Below, piece after piece: positions 51,957-53,334 of a DNA stretch of 53,334 bases. The notes beneath the pieces are model-generated. The model searched no databases. It saw only the letters and a list, made by a program, of their open reading frames with translations, and was not told the origin of the DNA. Source of the stretch: Pseudothermotoga sp. GTDB taxonomy: Bacteria; Thermotogota; Thermotogae; Thermotogales; DSM-5069. The stretch covers positions 1 through 53,334 of the forward strand of contig JBEPZZ010000008.1 in assembly GCA_041640575.1 (NCBI GenBank), written 5' to 3'. The translations under genes and the position numbers were made by a program. The first letter of the stretch is position 1. Every line of letters starts with the position of its first letter.

Positions 51957-52099
51957 CTTTCTTCATGCTTCAATATTCTACCATCGTATTTATTTCCTTA
52001 AGGCAACAATTTAATTACATAAACACAACACAAGTCTCCTTTGGTTCCAAAAATTATAAAGTATAACTTGAGATACTATAAAGGTCTCTTTTATAGGGG

Positions 52100-52633
52100 G
52101 TGAACATGTTGTATCTTGCTATCGCGTTGATAGTTTCGGGTCTTTCATTAATCTTCTTTGGCGTAAAAGCATTCTTTGGTGTATTGTTCATAAGCTTGGG
52201 TTTTTATATCCTTTTCTGGATGTGGAGTTTACATCGAGCTGTCAGAAAAAAGAGAAGAGAAACACTCGATCAACTTAAACAAAGATTTCAAGGAAAGCTT
52301 TCAAACGATGATTTACAATGGCTTGCATCTTTTACTGAAAGTCCAATCGGACGAAAAGTTCTTATTAGTATTGAAGACAATAACCCAGCTGAGTCGACAA
52401 AAATAAGAATAGCTGTACCAATCTCGTTGATATCTATCTTGAAGCCTATTCTAAAAGTCTCAGCACCTACTGTTTGGAAAATTATTGGCAACAAACAACA
52501 TGCCTTAGATTATGACCAATTTAAATTTATTCTAAACGTCGTAACGGAAGTTTTAGACGAAATCATATCTTATTCCGGTGATTTTGTAAGAATTGAAACA
52601 ACTGGGACCTTGGTGAGAATATCCATTGTGTGA
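52100..52633 (+). CDS. Hypothetical membrane protein
   Basis: Two N-terminal TM helices plus a soluble C-terminal domain; SD AGGGG. Confidence 0.7.
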   Translation: MNMLYLAIALIVSGLSLIFFGVKAFFGVLFISLGFYILFWMWSLHRAVRKKRRETLDQLKQRFQGKLSNDDLQWLASFTESPIGRKVLISIEDNNPAESTKIRIAVPISLISILKPILKVSAPTVWKIIGNKQHALDYDQFKFILNVVTEVLDEIISYSGDFVRIETTGTLVRISIV

Positions 52634-52642
52634 GGTGATAGA

Positions 52643-53020
52643 TTGCTCGAAGTCAATTCGAAATGCCCATTTTGTGGAGGAACAATTTTTGTCACCGGGT
52701 TCAAGTGTACAGAGTGCGGGACGAAAGTTGAAGGAATATTCAACCTTAATGAATTTTCATCGCTTTCAAAGCAAGATCTGGATTTCTTAAGGGAATATCT
52801 GCGTTCTCGTGGTAATTTGACCAAGGTTGCGGAAAAACTGAAAATATCCTATCCAACTGCTCATGCCTATTTCAATAGATTGCTCAGGAACCTTGGATAT
52901 GCTGAAGAAGAACAACCACAGAAACCTTCAGTTTTAGAGATCTTGAATAAGCTTGAATCTGGCGAATATGATTTCTCAACAGCAATCAATCTTTTAAAGA
53001 AGGAGGTAGATGGAAGGTGA
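52643..53020 (+). CDS. DUF2089-family protein (Zn ribbon + HTH + SHOCT-like)
   Basis: CPFCGG...CTECGT..EG.F, RGNLTKVAEKLKISYPT, ILNKLESGE. Confidence 0.82.
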   Translation: MLEVNSKCPFCGGTIFVTGFKCTECGTKVEGIFNLNEFSSLSKQDLDFLREYLRSRGNLTKVAEKLKISYPTAHAYFNRLLRNLGYAEEEQPQKPSVLEILNKLESGEYDFSTAINLLKKEVDGR

Positions 53021-53334
53021 AAGAAGAATTCATCAGAGTCATAAATTTGGTAAAAGATGGGAAGTTAACACCTGAACAGGCTGCAGAATTGATTGAAACT
53101 ATGGTTTCCAAAATATCGGTTGAAGAAAGGCAGGCAAATCAATCTAGCAGAAAAAAACTTATCAAAATGGAAATTCGCTCTGAGAAAGGCGATAACATCG
53201 ATATTCAGTTACCTTTGAAAATGTCAAAATTGTTGACTCTAAGTTTAGCAGTTTTTAAAGAAAAAATACCTGATATTGATCTTAATCTAATTTCAAAGCA
53301 AGTTGAAGAGGCACTGGAGCACTTGGAAAGCCTG
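53017..53334 (+). CDS. SHOCT-like (YvlB/LiaX N-terminal-like) domain protein, partial
   Basis: Not in the ORF track. GTG overlapping the preceding stop after AGGAGG; MKEEFIRVINLVKDGKLTPEQAAELIETM...; open to the window end. Confidence 0.75.
   Translation, partial: MKEEFIRVINLVKDGKLTPEQAAELIETMVSKISVEERQANQSSRKKLIKMEIRSEKGDNIDIQLPLKMSKLLTLSLAVFKEKIPDIDLNLISKQVEEALEHLESL

Noticed and set aside
1..53334. Prophage, integrative element, IS or CRISPR array associated with the five tRNAs
   Set aside because: No integrase, transposase or cas ORFs, no duplicated tRNA 3' ends and no regularly spaced repeats were seen by eye.

Overview
Mostly core-genome region of a low-GC bacterium. Gene content and order (glgA-galT-spoVS, tilS-ftsH-thioesterase, rplU-prp-rpmA-rplM-rpsI-dnaG-rpoD) and protein style point to Thermotogota, probably Thermotoga/Pseudothermotoga; this is inference. 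The window holds about 55 CDS covering translation, RNA metabolism, PPDK, glycogen, two HD-GYP proteins, two chemoreceptors (one an H-NOX MCP), an ato-like short-chain fatty acid operon, TldD/E and several ABC systems, plus five tRNAs. No integrase, transposase or CRISPR array was seen. The most interesting signals are non-coding or lie within genes. (1) An unannotated 35-aa leader ORF with an F-S-Y-I-Y-W-W-F codon cluster and a full alternative-hairpin attenuator precedes a TrpXYZ-like ABC transporter and lysA. (2) mnmE appears to start at ACG. (3) One MCP carries a purine-skewed signalling-domain cassette. (4) hup has matching 5'/3' UTR motifs and a possible leaderless uORF. (5) There are candidate S15, L20 and L21 ribosomal-protein leaders. 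(6) The EcfA/A' pair shows reciprocal Q-loop/H-loop changes. All calls come from reading the sequence; no database searches were run.
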